Origin: a virus
IMG/VR virus record: IMGVR_UViG_3300049046_000039
Coordinates: 32,001-96,000 of that record
Length of the DNA stretch: 64,000 nucleotides
Direction: 5' to 3' (one strand)
Shown here piece after piece: positions 8,218 through 18,257 of this stretch; the stretch's first letter is position 1, and each line of letters starts with the position of its first letter. Both the position numbers and the translations under genes were made by a program. The notes under the pieces are model-generated. The model did not search any database, was not told where the DNA came from, and saw only the letters and a list, made by a program, of their open reading frames with translations.

Positions 8218-9383
8218 TACTTCTTAACAACCCTTACTAAGACAGTGTTCTCGTTCATTCGTTGCTGAAGCTTCTGGTCTGAACCGTTAACGGTGTCCAT
8301 AAACTTTCGCAATGATACTTTGCCTGCGGCTTGCAGTTCTCTTAGAACGCCGTCGACTCTATTGGCTCTGATCTTCTTGGTTACAGAAGAGCTCTCGTCA
8401 TAATTGATGATCGCTGTTCGATGCACGCTCAGACCCTTGATAGGATCGCTAGCTCTGAACACTGTAAGCTGATTGTACTTACAGTTGAACGTCCACAGCT
8501 CTAGAGCACCGACGACTTCTGAAGGATAGACCGACTGTATCTTGAAGACGTTATCGAACTCCTTATACTTAAAGTCCTTGAGGAGCTTTTCGGTAGTCAT
8601 CGTCTTCGGCTTGCGAGGCTTACGAGTCTTCTTCTTGTTGTTCTGATACTGCTCGATATCTTCGACCAGCATTACGTAGAATCCGTACAGCTTCTCGAGG
8701 TGATCTTTGGTGTAACCCTCGTAACCCTCGACCTTACCGTGATAGGCCAACTCGATGTCTTCGAGTTCTGGGTTGTACTTGTCGTGAAGCTGCTTAGCGA
8801 TCTGCTGAGATACTTCGTTAGCCTGAAGGAAGTCGAACATGCTGAATTCCGACTTCCAGTTGTCTAGGAAGTCGTCAATCTTAACTTCGACCTGACAAGC
8901 CAGGTGATCGTAGAGCGCGGCCATTCGATCCTGTACGGTGGGCTTTTTGGGCTCATTGCCCATACCATCCTCAGGCTCGGGTTGCTCATTCTCGGCCCTT
9001 CTCTGGCCATCTGAGATGGCTTCCTGAAGGCGGGTCTCAAAGTAATTCTTGGTCTTGTCTGGAAGAATAGCGCCTTGAGACCGCATCCTAGCGATCCAGC
9101 ATATCGTAGACGGAATGAACTTGTCTGGAATCGCTCGTACAGCACGAAGATCGGCAGTGCGATTTGTGTTCTTGAGATACTCGACAAGGAACTCTTTCGC
9201 TTCCTTGGTCTCGCACATGTAGTTGTACCAGTTGTATGCCTGAGTCAGCTGACTGGCATTCAGTTCTTTGCTGGTGTAGACTGGTTCTCCGCCGTAAGCT
9301 TTGCTGTTTACTAAAAACTGTTCTTGCTTAGACTTCGTCTTCTTCTTTGACTTGAGCTTGATAAGTGCTGGGCGCTTTGCCAT
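8217..9383 (-). CDS. Hypothetical protein (T4-like phage type)
   Basis: 388-aa ORF; AYNWYNY and LWTFNCKYNQL motifs; promoter upstream. Confidence 0.75.
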   Translation of the reverse strand: MAKRPALIKLKSKKKTKSKQEQFLVNSKAYGGEPVYTSKELNASQLTQAYNWYNYMCETKEAKEFLVEYLKNTNRTADLRAVRAIPDKFIPSTICWIARMRSQGAILPDKTKNYFETRLQEAISDGQRRAENEQPEPEDGMGNEPKKPTVQDRMAALYDHLACQVEVKIDDFLDNWKSEFSMFDFLQANEVSQQIAKQLHDKYNPELEDIELAYHGKVEGYEGYTKDHLEKLYGFYVMLVEDIEQYQNNKKKTRKPRKPKTMTTEKLLKDFKYKEFDNVFKIQSVYPSEVVGALELWTFNCKYNQLTVFRASDPIKGLSVHRTAIINYDESSSVTKKIRANRVDGVLRELQAAGKVSLRKFMDTVNGSDQKLQQRMNENTVLVRVVKK

Positions 9384-9453
9384 GTAATACTCGCACGTGT
9401 AGTGTTGAAACTTTATTTGGAGGGATTATATATCTAAGTAAAGCGAAAGTAAA

Positions 9454-9687
9454 CTACTTTTTTCTCAGCTTTACAAGTTCGCGCGAGCTTACGACAACAG
9501 CTCCAGCAGCGACGGCGAGCTCGAACTCGTGCTCGCGAAGATCGTAGTGATCTCGATCGAACCAACAGCGTTTGCAGCCGATTCTAGCTGCAAACGCGTG
9601 TAGTTCGTCCAAAGTATCTGCCATGAGATGACAGTACTTCTTTCGTTTGTGGAAGAAAGCTCTAGGCTTGTCTACGTAGACTGTCAC
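9454..9687 (-). CDS. DUF4031 family protein
   Basis: MTVYVD...CHLMAD..ELHAFA..IG..R.WF...HYD. Confidence 0.85.
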   Translation of the reverse strand: MTVYVDKPRAFFHKRKKYCHLMADTLDELHAFAARIGCKRCWFDRDHYDLREHEFELAVAAGAVVVSSRELVKLRKK

Positions 9688-10757
9688 AGAACCTTCGAGA
9701 TGTCGAATGTTCCATTGATCTTCGTCTTGATAGTAACCTCAGTACCCTCGACGTCTCTGTAGCAGATTCTACCCTGCTGAGCGTCGTACTGATACATGTC
9801 GTCGATGGACATAACGATCACGTCGTCTTCCATGGCGACTTCGATGCTCGAAGCTCGGAAAGGATTGAGATACAGCGAGTTGGTCTCGACGTCCTTAGTT
9901 ACGTCCTTGCCGTTGATGACGACCTTTTCGATAGTCCAGTATTGATAGCCAGGGCCGTCGTTTTCGGGCTTGACGTTGAGATACTTCACTGCGTCGAGGG
10001 GATCGCATCCATAGCGATTGATCTCTTCGACGATAGTCTGAAGCATGTCGAAGTTGAACGCCTTGAAGAGGCCGCTGATCTTGACGATCTCGTCGGTAAA
10101 CTTTTCGTGCTTGAGGTTTTCGCTAAGAAACTCTCGAATGAACTCTTCTTCAAGACCGACATAGTCGATCATGTAGTAGATTCGACTGGGTCTGTTGCGG
10201 AGGTGAGTGTCGATCTTGTACTTGTCGTTGCAGGTAAAGATGAAGAGCTTGTTGCTCGCGAAGAGCCCGTCGAGCAGAGTCAGAATCGACTGCTGATCTT
10301 CGTAATTGTCGTACATCTTCTCGAACTCGTCGAACAGAATTACCGACGGAGTGTCGATAGTCGACATAAACTTCAAGAAGCCGTCCTTGATCGTCTTGTT
10401 GTGTTCAGTGTTCGTAAACGCCGTGTTGACGATGATCGTCGGCATGTTATCGTTTACGCGAAGATCGTGTGAGATGAGCTTGGCGAGAAGAGTCTTACCA
10501 GAGCCCTTTTCGCCGGTAAGCATAACACCCGTAGACTGCGAGCGCATCTTGAAAGTGTTGATGATTCGCTCGGCTCTCTTCCTCGTATCGCCGTAGTAGC
10601 GAGGAATGAGGTTAAAGTCGACCGACTTCGTGAGATAGAAGTCTCCGGCGTCGTCTCTCTGAACGACGTAAGTGCCGACAGGAAGACTACTGCCGAGATC
10701 GATAGACTCCGAAGAGCGAACGTAGATTGCGTCTCCATACTTAATGTAGTGTGTCAT
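9684..10757 (-). CDS. AAA+ ATPase
   Basis: Walker A GEKGSGKT, Walker B ILFDEFEK, NRPSR. Confidence 0.92.
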   Translation of the reverse strand: MTHYIKYGDAIYVRSSESIDLGSSLPVGTYVVQRDDAGDFYLTKSVDFNLIPRYYGDTRKRAERIINTFKMRSQSTGVMLTGEKGSGKTLLAKLISHDLRVNDNMPTIIVNTAFTNTEHNKTIKDGFLKFMSTIDTPSVILFDEFEKMYDNYEDQQSILTLLDGLFASNKLFIFTCNDKYKIDTHLRNRPSRIYYMIDYVGLEEEFIREFLSENLKHEKFTDEIVKISGLFKAFNFDMLQTIVEEINRYGCDPLDAVKYLNVKPENDGPGYQYWTIEKVVINGKDVTKDVETNSLYLNPFRASSIEVAMEDDVIVMSIDDMYQYDAQQGRICYRDVEGTEVTIKTKINGTFDISKVL

Positions 10758-11026
10758 GCGTATTCCATATCGTTAGAGTATTGCCACGTATTTTGGTAGT
10801 CCCATATGTATCTGTGCATCTCCCGCTGCATGTCATTGTCGACTATCTCTCGAGCCAAGTCCATGTGCTTGCACGGCCCTCTGGCGTAGCAACTGCACGA
10901 AACAGATCTAGGCTTTACTATAAGAGTGTAGGTGTCTACAGGTTCTTTTTCGCTGCTCCACTTAGAGCACTCGAACATAAATCTACCACCGTACTCAGAC
11001 AGCAGTCTAAACGTGTAGACACTCAT
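10754..11026 (-). CDS. SWIM zinc-finger protein
   Basis: CSC.....CKH. Confidence 0.7.
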   Translation of the reverse strand: MSVYTFRLLSEYGGRFMFECSKWSSEKEPVDTYTLIVKPRSVSCSCYARGPCKHMDLAREIVDNDMQREMHRYIWDYQNTWQYSNDMEYA

Positions 11027-11571
11027 ACCAGGCGAGGATCGTATGCCCAGTGAAGAATAGCTTGGCGCTGCTTGCGGCGGCAGTTCATGTCGCCGACTTT
11101 GCAGTTAGCTCTGATCTGACCGAGATGGCGAGCCATAGCCTTCCAGCGGCCGATCTGGCGATTGTCGTCTGGATGACGACGACCGAGGTAGTAGCGACAG
11201 TACCACTGGAACCAGCCGCGCGGATCGTCTGGATGTATCCATCCCTTTTCACGCCAGACTGACAGTGGCTGAGATGCGTCGACTCTCATGAAGTTTAGAC
11301 GTACATCGGGCTTGGTACCCTTAGCGAACTTGGCATTTTCGAACCAAGACGCTGGAAACTCGTTAACGCAGTCGCGCATGTATATGCCACCGAATACGCC
11401 CATGCTGAGCATTTCAGCCGGTGTTAATTGTGGCGTAAAGTCATAGCGAAAGTTCTTGCCGGCGGGTTCGACCAGCTCGTAGCTGTAGCCATCCTGCATC
11501 TTGTCTCGAACAGAGATAATTCTACCGACTCTTTCCACGTCTCGACGATGTCCTGTTGATATGTGTGCCAT
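11023..11571 (-). CDS. Conserved hypothetical protein
   Basis: LTPAEML.MGVFGG.Y, DPRGWFQWYCRYY.GRR, RQA.LHWAYD; own promoter at about 11575-11606; start uncertain. Confidence 0.8.
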   Translation of the reverse strand: MAHISTGHRRDVERVGRIISVRDKMQDGYSYELVEPAGKNFRYDFTPQLTPAEMLSMGVFGGIYMRDCVNEFPASWFENAKFAKGTKPDVRLNFMRVDASQPLSVWREKGWIHPDDPRGWFQWYCRYYLGRRHPDDNRQIGRWKAMARHLGQIRANCKVGDMNCRRKQRQAILHWAYDPRLV

Positions 11572-11602
11572 AATGTATATCCTATCACGATTTAACACAA
11601 TG

Positions 11603-11847
11603 TCAACCACTATCTTCTTGTTCGAGTTCGTGCTCAGGGCGAGGCCACTGACCATCAACTCTTCCACAGTCCAGACACAATCCAGACACAATCCAAAGTA
11701 GAGGTAGTCACCGTCTCCGATTCCAAGGCCAGAAGGAACGTATCCAACGCTCTCTCTTCCCTTTATCTCGACGCAGCACATGTCAGAACACTTAGCGTTA
11801 ACGTTAAGGATTCTGGTGCTTAAACACTTAGAGCAGAATGACGCCAT
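11603..11847 (-). pseudogene. Cys-rich small protein gene frameshifted by an 11-bp tandem duplication
   Basis: TCCAGACACAA twice at 11670-11691; removing one copy restores a 77-aa ORF ending CLDCGRVDGQWP...DSG*. Confidence 0.65.
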
Positions 11848-11927
11848 GTGTGCTTCTCGCCTGGCCTTTACCATTTTCTATTATAAACATTTAATCTAAA
11901 ATGTAAAGGCATTTTATACCACGCACA

Positions 11928-11956
11928 AAGAGAGGGAGATCAGCTCTCCCTCTCTT
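11928..11956 (-). terminator. Terminator-like hairpin
   Basis: AAGAGAGGGAGA / TCTCCCTCTCTT inverted repeat. Confidence 0.7.
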
Positions 11957-11976
11957 CGCCGTCCTGTTGTGGACAA

Positions 11977-12630
11977 TTAGGCCATCGCGTGCGTGCGATT
12001 CTGAGCCAAGCGTCCGTCCCAGTGATTCTTCACTCGTCCGGGCCGGCCCTTCATTCGACCAGAAGGATTCTCGTCCTCGTGGCCGTCATGCACGGTCGGC
12101 TTGCGAGCGACCCTGGCTTTCGGGCTGGACTGCGTCGATCTGGTCATCGGAACGACGTTTGACTTGTCATCGGAAGCTCTGGGCTTCAGGTTCGATACCT
12201 GAGCTTCGATGATGAGAGGGTTCTCACCGCTCTCGATGCCATCCATGATTGGATCGATCGTGCTGACGCTCACCGAAGGGAGCTCTTCGTTCAGCAGGGC
12301 CGCTTCGATGATGATGTCGAAGACCTCGCCCTCGTCGTTACGGCACCAACCGCGAGTCGAGAAGTGCTGCTGCATTCCAGTCGTGGTCGGAACTTCAACG
12401 ATGTCGAGCTCGACGTGATCCTGGTTCTGTATCTTCAGACCAGACATCATGATCGCTCGGATGGCGAGTTCCCGATACGAATCGATCGGACGTTGGGATT
12501 GAAAGATCATCGCGTCGATCGCCGCCTCGCCCTTGGGCCAGACGAACACTCTTGATCGATTGCGACGGATCGTCTCGTTATCTTCCGGACTGACCAGAAG
12601 AATACGCGAGATGCGTGCTTCAGTATTCAT
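11977..12630 (-). CDS. Hypothetical protein with C-terminal GRVK..WDGRLAQNR motif
   Basis: AAGGAAGG SD before MNTEAR; promoter upstream and terminator downstream. Confidence 0.7.
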   Translation of the reverse strand: MNTEARISRILLVSPEDNETIRRNRSRVFVWPKGEAAIDAMIFQSQRPIDSYRELAIRAIMMSGLKIQNQDHVELDIVEVPTTTGMQQHFSTRGWCRNDEGEVFDIIIEAALLNEELPSVSVSTIDPIMDGIESGENPLIIEAQVSNLKPRASDDKSNVVPMTRSTQSSPKARVARKPTVHDGHEDENPSGRMKGRPGRVKNHWDGRLAQNRTHAMA

Positions 12631-12750
12631 AACATTCCTTCCTTGCTGCCGGTTATTCTTACCAGCAAGGACCTTATAATACACGTGTTAAACAATGTAA
12701 ACAGGTATTTTGCACCACGATTAGCGAAGCAAATACCTGTTTACAGTTGC

Positions 12751-13254
12751 TTACAAGCGCCTTAAGAGATCGGAATGATCGGACACCGCGTGGTCCTTCT
12801 CGATGAAGCGAGAGTAGAGCCCGACTTCTCGACCGTAAGCGTCGACTTCCCACGGGTAATCGTAGTAGTCCATGCTGTCGTATGCGATGTGATTTCCGTA
12901 CCACACGACGCCGTCTCCATGAGGAGACCATCTGGCGATGCCGGTAGAATATTGCCTGACGTGAGCGAACTCGTGTGCGAGAGTACACAGAGTCGCTTTC
13001 CTGTCTAGGTGAGCGTCTATTTCTACTACAAAGCTTCGCGGGTCTGCGTGACCGTCAATGTACGAGGTGTATGCGTCACACCGATGACTGTGCTTGAGGC
13101 CTACAACGTTATCGATCCTAACGCTTAGGTTATTGATCGTGTCCAGTTCCTGTTGAGTTATAAACAGCAGCTGACCGTAGAATCGGCAAGCCTCGCGAAT
13201 GAGCTCGTGGTTTACGTCTCTGTGGTGATGTCTTCCGCATACTTTTATTCTCAT
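12751..13254 (-). CDS. Zincin-like metallopeptidase
   Basis: LAHEFAHVRQY and YPWEVDAY. Confidence 0.8.
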   Translation of the reverse strand: MRIKVCGRHHHRDVNHELIREACRFYGQLLFITQQELDTINNLSVRIDNVVGLKHSHRCDAYTSYIDGHADPRSFVVEIDAHLDRKATLCTLAHEFAHVRQYSTGIARWSPHGDGVVWYGNHIAYDSMDYYDYPWEVDAYGREVGLYSRFIEKDHAVSDHSDLLRRL

Positions 13255-13349
13255 TGACCCCTCATCATCAGATCCCCACGCCAACGTGAAACTAATCCCA
13301 TTGACTGGATTAAAATATAAACATGCCAGCCTGCATTGTAAATATTAAA

Positions 13350-14015
13350 TTATTGCGCAGAGATAATTTTATTTTCTTCGAGCATGTCGTTGATCTTGTC
13401 GATGTAGTCTTCTTTTTTCTTTACGAAGACTTGAGGATCTTCATTGTCTACGCCAATGATCACTACGATCTGAGGAATTTGAACTCCAGTAATTTCCTCT
13501 ACCATGAGAGCGTACAGAGTACACTGGAGGAAGTAGTTTAGAATGTCTTCTTCGTTCTTAATGTACTTAGAAGTCTTAAAGTCTACAATAGACTTAGCGT
13601 CGTCCCATAGCGCGAGCATGTCAGCTCGTCCGGCTATCTTCATAGAGTCGGACCACAGACCTATCTCGAGTCCGTAAACAGCTCTCACTCTTTGAAGTAG
13701 AACTTTACGAATAGACTCGGCCATCATTAGGTTGTTGGGCATCTGGCCCCTAGAGTACTGAGGGTTGTTGAGAACCATCTGCTCTAGTATGTTGTGAACT
13801 GCAGTTCCGCGTCTTGAAGCTTGAACTGAGACTCTCTTTGCAGTCTCTTCGCCTACTCTCTCGATCCAGTCGTCTAGCCACTGATGGTCGCTAAACTTAG
13901 AGAGAAACGTGGTGACGCTCTGATACTTGTCACCCTTCGGTGTAGTATAGAATCTTCCGTTTGACGTATCTTCGGAATATATCTTAGGTAAGTCGATTAG
14001 TTTTAGATTAAACAT
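13350..14015 (-). CDS. PD-(D/E)xK (Cas4-like) exonuclease
   Basis: SVTTFL, RGTAVH, AGRAD, IVDFKTS, Y.LQ..LYA. Confidence 0.9.
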   Translation of the reverse strand: MFNLKLIDLPKIYSEDTSNGRFYTTPKGDKYQSVTTFLSKFSDHQWLDDWIERVGEETAKRVSVQASRRGTAVHNILEQMVLNNPQYSRGQMPNNLMMAESIRKVLLQRVRAVYGLEIGLWSDSMKIAGRADMLALWDDAKSIVDFKTSKYIKNEEDILNYFLQCTLYALMVEEITGVQIPQIVVIIGVDNEDPQVFVKKKEDYIDKINDMLEENKIISAQ

Positions 14016-14076
14016 GATGTTCTTCTATTGTGGCTACAGCGCATTATACACTGTAGCCACAGAAATGTCAACTAAT

Positions 14077-14823
14077 TTAGACGGTAATCCTGAGCTCATC
14101 CTTCTGGATGATGTACTCTTTAACCAGGGACGACCTGACGATGTCTTGTCTCTGAAAGTCTACGAACTCGAATGACTTCATCGACTTAACGATGTTCATG
14201 AACTTACCTAGTCCGTTTCTTTCCTGCTCGTTAGTAAAGTCGGACTGTCTGAAGTCTCCTGCGAACACGATTCGAGTGTTCTTACCTACTCGAGTGATGA
14301 TACTGTCTAGTTCGTGGAGGTTGCAGTTCTGCATCTCGTCTACTAGAACGATAGCGTCATTGAAGGTGACGCCGCGCACGAAGCTGGTCGAGATGAACTG
14401 GATGATGCCCTTGTTCTCTAGTAGAGTGTAGGCGTCTCTTCGACCGAACAGCTCTTCGCATATAGCCACGTAGGGAGCCTTGTAGACCGCTTCCTTCTCC
14501 TTGGTCGTACCAGGAAGGAAGCCCATGTCTCTAGTTGGAACGACTGATCTTACGATGACCAGTCGAGTCTTAGTGGATAGACCTGAAAATATCTCACGTA
14601 GTGCGAAATACATACCAAGGAACGACTTACCAGTACCTGCGATGCCGTGAAGCATCAGGTTATGATCAGCATCATAAGCTTTAAACGCGTTATTTTGATT
14701 AATCGTTAGTGGCTTAATGACTTTGAGCTGAAGTCCAAAGTTTGGCTGTTCACTTTCTAACCTAGTCTGCTCTCTTAGCAGTCTACGTTCTCTCTTAGTA
14801 AGTCTTTTATTCTGGTGAGTCAT
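14077..14823 (-). CDS. phoH: PhoH-like ATPase
   Basis: GIAGTGKS, GFLPG, RGVTF, DEMQN, GDFRQSD. Confidence 0.95.
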   Translation of the reverse strand: MTHQNKRLTKRERRLLREQTRLESEQPNFGLQLKVIKPLTINQNNAFKAYDADHNLMLHGIAGTGKSFLGMYFALREIFSGLSTKTRLVIVRSVVPTRDMGFLPGTTKEKEAVYKAPYVAICEELFGRRDAYTLLENKGIIQFISTSFVRGVTFNDAIVLVDEMQNCNLHELDSIITRVGKNTRIVFAGDFRQSDFTNEQERNGLGKFMNIVKSMKSFEFVDFQRQDIVRSSLVKEYIIQKDELRITV

Positions 14824-14849
14824 CTATGCTCTCTTGTGTTATGAGACGA

Positions 14850-15074
14850 CTAAAATGTATTGATGTTACTCCTAGGACTATTTCTCTTAATGTCCCTCAG
14901 AATATCACGAAAGCTATCATCTGGTTTCTTAGCGTCGTTGTAGCTAATGCTAGAAGATGTCACTTTCCTACGCACATGAGTGTTCTCTTTCAAGAACTCT
15001 TCTACCTTGGAGTGAGGCATGAGCTCTTCGAACTCTTCATTTGTCTCGATGTTAACGAAAGTGTATAAAGGCAT
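14850..15074 (-). CDS. FmdB-like small protein
   Basis: MPLYTF.N.ET.EEFE start; KPDDSFRD.L. Confidence 0.7.
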   Translation of the reverse strand: MPLYTFVNIETNEEFEELMPHSKVEEFLKENTHVRRKVTSSSISYNDAKKPDDSFRDILRDIKRNSPRSNINTF

Positions 15075-15220
15075 TAGTAGTCCTCGTCGTCGTCGCAGTG
15101 ATCTAAAAGGTAGTTGATATCTCGCGTCTTAAGAGCTCGTTGGAACTTCTTATTCTTTGGTTTACGCTTTTGAGATACTTCTTCCTCTTCTTCCCAGTTA
15201 TTCTTCCGAAACTTTTTCAT
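15074..15220 (-). CDS. Small charged hypothetical protein (48 aa; absent from ORF track)
   Basis: MKKFRKNNW...DDDEDY*, TAATG coupling. Confidence 0.6.
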   Translation of the reverse strand: MKKFRKNNWEEEEEVSQKRKPKNKKFQRALKTRDINYLLDHCDDDEDY

Positions 15221-15638
15221 CAGCTTCACTCGGAATAAGACCAGGCCACACTTCTTGGACTAGAGCGGGTGTTATACCTTTAGGTAGTTTTCTGTCCTTG
15301 ACCAGCAGAAGTAGTTCTGCATCTTTAGGCGCAATGGACTCAAGAATCTGAACAAAAATCTGCTCTAGTCGAGCCGGCTTAAGATTAGAGCCGTTCTTGT
15401 TCACGAATAGTGATAGCTTACGCATCTGCGTGTACAGCATATTCTCTTGGTCGAGAAAATCAGTAGGCTTGTAGGGAGGAGCGCCTTCTGGGAGGTCCCA
15501 GACTATAGCAGGATGCAGAGCGTATTGGATTAAGTCTTGTAAAGATCGACTATCGTTCTTCTGTAGATATTCTATCTTTTCTTTGCGACTCTTCAGTTTA
15601 GAAGCATTTTCTAGAATTTCGGCAAGACCGAGTTTCAT
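15198..15638 (-). CDS. Conserved T4-like hypothetical protein
   Basis: W.LPEG.PPY, RLEQIFVQILES; late promoter at 15695-15688. Confidence 0.8.
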   Translation of the reverse strand: MKLGLAEILENASKLKSRKEKIEYLQKNDSRSLQDLIQYALHPAIVWDLPEGAPPYKPTDFLDQENMLYTQMRKLSLFVNKNGSNLKPARLEQIFVQILESIAPKDAELLLLVKDRKLPKGITPALVQEVWPGLIPSEADEKVSEE

Positions 15639-15713
15639 TAATCTATCCTTGGTTGTTATTGTCAAAGGCTAAAAGCCATTCACGACTTATTTATACCTTT
15701 GACAATAGCAACA

Positions 15714-16043
15714 TCACTTCTCAACCCAGATTTCTGCTTTACGGACTGGCACGAATCTAGGAACTTTCTTACCGTCTACTTCGACTTGATCCTTCCACTC
15801 GCGGAAAGGACGAGAGTAGACTACTTCTCCCTCTTTAAAGTACTCGAAGTTAGGCCCGTCGATTCTCATGTACGAGATCATCAACTCGCCAGTGTCGGTA
15901 TTGAATCCGAAAGGGTGCTTCATTTCGGTGAGTACTCGGTAGATTCCGCCCTTGTAGTGCTTCCACTCCTTACCCTTCGAGCTAAAAAACATCCATGCTA
16001 AGGATAGCTCTTCATTCATTTGTTCTGTTGTCTTATGTGGCAT
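15714..16043 (-). CDS. DUF1653-like protein
   Basis: WKHYKGGIYRV...YSRP..EW...PRF. Confidence 0.8.
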   Translation of the reverse strand: MPHKTTEQMNEELSLAWMFFSSKGKEWKHYKGGIYRVLTEMKHPFGFNTDTGELMISYMRIDGPNFEYFKEGEVVYSRPFREWKDQVEVDGKKVPRFVPVRKAEIWVEK

Positions 16044-16925
16044 TCAAAACTCGTTGATGTGTTCCATTAGGTGTTTCATTCGATTGTTGATAAGATAGTT
16101 GAAGATCTTATCGCGAGACTTACCAGCCTCGGCTTCGTACGCTTCGAAGATCTTATTCTTAACGTCTTCAGGAATTTGGCTAAGATCGATCATCTGCTTG
16201 TTGCGAAGATAGTTTCTGTGAGCCATCGACAGCTTAGGGTCTCTTAAGATCTCGCTCCAGTCTCCGCTCTTTACTGCTTTTGTAAGAGTTGCTAGTCTAG
16301 GCTTAGTCATCGTTGACTGTCTAATGCCAAGAACGATAGCATTGTCGGCCGAAAGAACGTTAGGAACGCCGTCTCCTCTGTCACCCTTGAGGACGTGCTC
16401 GATCAGGTATTCTTCTGGGTTGTTCTCAGTGATCTTCTTAGAGCGAACTGGATCGTACTGCTCTACATTCATGTATGACTGAAGCTGCTTGAAGTCCTTG
16501 TCGCCCGAGATAATCAGTATCTGTTCGCCGCCTGGAAGGTTAGAACCGTACTTATGGCATAACGCACCGATGATGTCATCGGCCTCGGCACCATCTACTT
16601 CCACTACTCTGTAGGGAAAATTATGCTTAAGATCGCTCCTAACTTCTCTAAGAGCATTGTGGATGCCCTCCCAGTCGAGAGTGGACGCATCTCGATCTTT
16701 TATGCGACTGGCCTTGTAGTATGGAAAGACTTCTCTACGCCACGACCTGCCAGTGTCGGTAGCGATAACAAGTTCACCGTACTTAGACCTGAACTTATTT
16801 CGATATGAGCGAAGAGAGTTGAGAACCATGTGCTTGAACATGTTGGTCTCGATAGTGCCGCCAGAGTTACCCATCTGCATCATGATAGATGCGATCATAA
16901 CCTGCTGTAAGTCTACAATAATCAA
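16044..16925 (-). CDS. rnh: T4-type RNase H / 5'-3' exonuclease
   Basis: SWRR..FPYYKA.R, EADDII, SGDKDFKQL, GDRGDGVPN. Confidence 0.96.
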   Translation of the reverse strand: MIIVDLQQVMIASIMMQMGNSGGTIETNMFKHMVLNSLRSYRNKFRSKYGELVIATDTGRSWRREVFPYYKASRIKDRDASTLDWEGIHNALREVRSDLKHNFPYRVVEVDGAEADDIIGALCHKYGSNLPGGEQILIISGDKDFKQLQSYMNVEQYDPVRSKKITENNPEEYLIEHVLKGDRGDGVPNVLSADNAIVLGIRQSTMTKPRLATLTKAVKSGDWSEILRDPKLSMAHRNYLRNKQMIDLSQIPEDVKNKIFEAYEAEAGKSRDKIFNYLINNRMKHLMEHINEF

Positions 16926-17254
16926 GTTTCGTCACTTTCGTCTTTAAAGTCTACGTATATGCCAGGCTCGATGAAGAGCATGTCGCCCTTGAACGTAAAC
17001 AAGTTTTCTGACACGTCTTGTACAGGATGGTATCTCTCTTGCAGCTTCATGAGATAAGATCGTATTGACTCATTAATGAGTGCCAGATCCTTAGTATATA
17101 CCATCTCACCTAAATTGTCAAAGCCTTCATCACGCATCCACTCGAAAAGTGATTCCGTAAGACTTTCGACAAGTACGTCTAGTAGGTCTTCTTTGTAGGG
17201 TTCTGCCGAATACGATACGGAGTTAACCCACGGTCCGATAATAACTTCACCCAT
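16922..17254 (-). CDS. Hypothetical protein
   Basis: ORF coupled within operon. Confidence 0.7.
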   Translation of the reverse strand: MGEVIIGPWVNSVSYSAEPYKEDLLDVLVESLTESLFEWMRDEGFDNLGEMVYTKDLALINESIRSYLMKLQERYHPVQDVSENLFTFKGDMLFIEPGIYVDFKDESDET

Positions 17255-17255
17255 A

Positions 17256-18257
17256 TTAAGCTCTATACGTAAAGCCAGCCTTGGGTAGCGCTTTGTCGGG
17301 ATTGCGCATGGTTATTTCTGTTAGAAGCCCAGTCCACTGACTAGACTTGATGAACCAGTTAAATCTGTAGTCAGCGTTAGTCTTCGCCAGCTTGATGATT
17401 GCTCCTGTCGAATCGTCGCTGTAGTGAGTGACGCATCCCTTTAGCAGATGATAGAGCTTAGTAGCGTGAGCGTTCTCGTCTTCATGGTACTGGTACATGT
17501 GAGTGTGACCGCCCGAAGTGTCTGACAGTGCGCCGAAGTTAGAGTGAACGCACATGAGTCCGGCCGACATCGCCTCGATCAAGCATAAGCAGCTCGTCTC
17601 TGGCCACTTAGAAGGATACGCGAAGATGTGTCCCTCGTTGGCTAGATAGTGTCTGATCTCGTCGTTAGACTTAGTGCCGTGATAGTTAACCTGAGGATGT
17701 TCTCGTAGAGCTTCAAATAGTTCCTTGTAGCTCTCGTCTCTCTGCTCCCATCCGTAGAGCTTAAACGAAGAGAAGACGTCTAGTACTATGTCGTCTCGCT
17801 CTTTTGCCAGAGCCTCGAATGCGGCGAATAGAATGTTTAGTCCGCGATGAGGCGTTGGGGTGTAGCAGATTCTGATAGGACCGTCGCCTACTGGCTTATG
17901 CTCTCCATCGACGATCGGTATAATCGAGTTCTCGATAACTTCGCAGTGAGACCACGGTATGTTGTAGTACGAAACGTAAGCCTGCATCTGCCAGTTACTT
18001 ACGAACACTATCTTGTGGAACTTTCTCCACCCTCCATTGTGGAGGAACTCAGACTCTGGATCGCCAGGCAGATCGTGCGCATAGAAAATACGGAACCTAG
18101 ACTCATCCAGGTCCCGTACTCTAGAAAACACGATCTGAAATTGCTCTAGTAGTTCTCGAGGAACGCGGCCGTCGTATAGCCGTTCTTGCAGAAGCTCCGT
18201 TCCGCCTCTAGAGTTCTTGTTTGTTTCGTTACGCTCAATTAGATCGATATTTGTCAT
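17256..18257 (-). CDS. GT-B (GT4-like) glycosyltransferase
   Basis: GGTE, FVSNWQ, YPS..PETSC...IEAMSAG, GALSDT. Confidence 0.9.
   Translation of the reverse strand: MTNIDLIERNETNKNSRGGTELLQERLYDGRVPRELLEQFQIVFSRVRDLDESRFRIFYAHDLPGDPESEFLHNGGWRKFHKIVFVSNWQMQAYVSYYNIPWSHCEVIENSIIPIVDGEHKPVGDGPIRICYTPTPHRGLNILFAAFEALAKERDDIVLDVFSSFKLYGWEQRDESYKELFEALREHPQVNYHGTKSNDEIRHYLANEGHIFAYPSKWPETSCLCLIEAMSAGLMCVHSNFGALSDTSGGHTHMYQYHEDENAHATKLYHLLKGCVTHYSDDSTGAIIKLAKTNADYRFNWFIKSSQWTGLLTEITMRNPDKALPKAGFTYRA

Noticed and set aside
11023-11874. Single 283-aa protein
   Set aside because: Explained by the 11-bp duplication and an internal promoter
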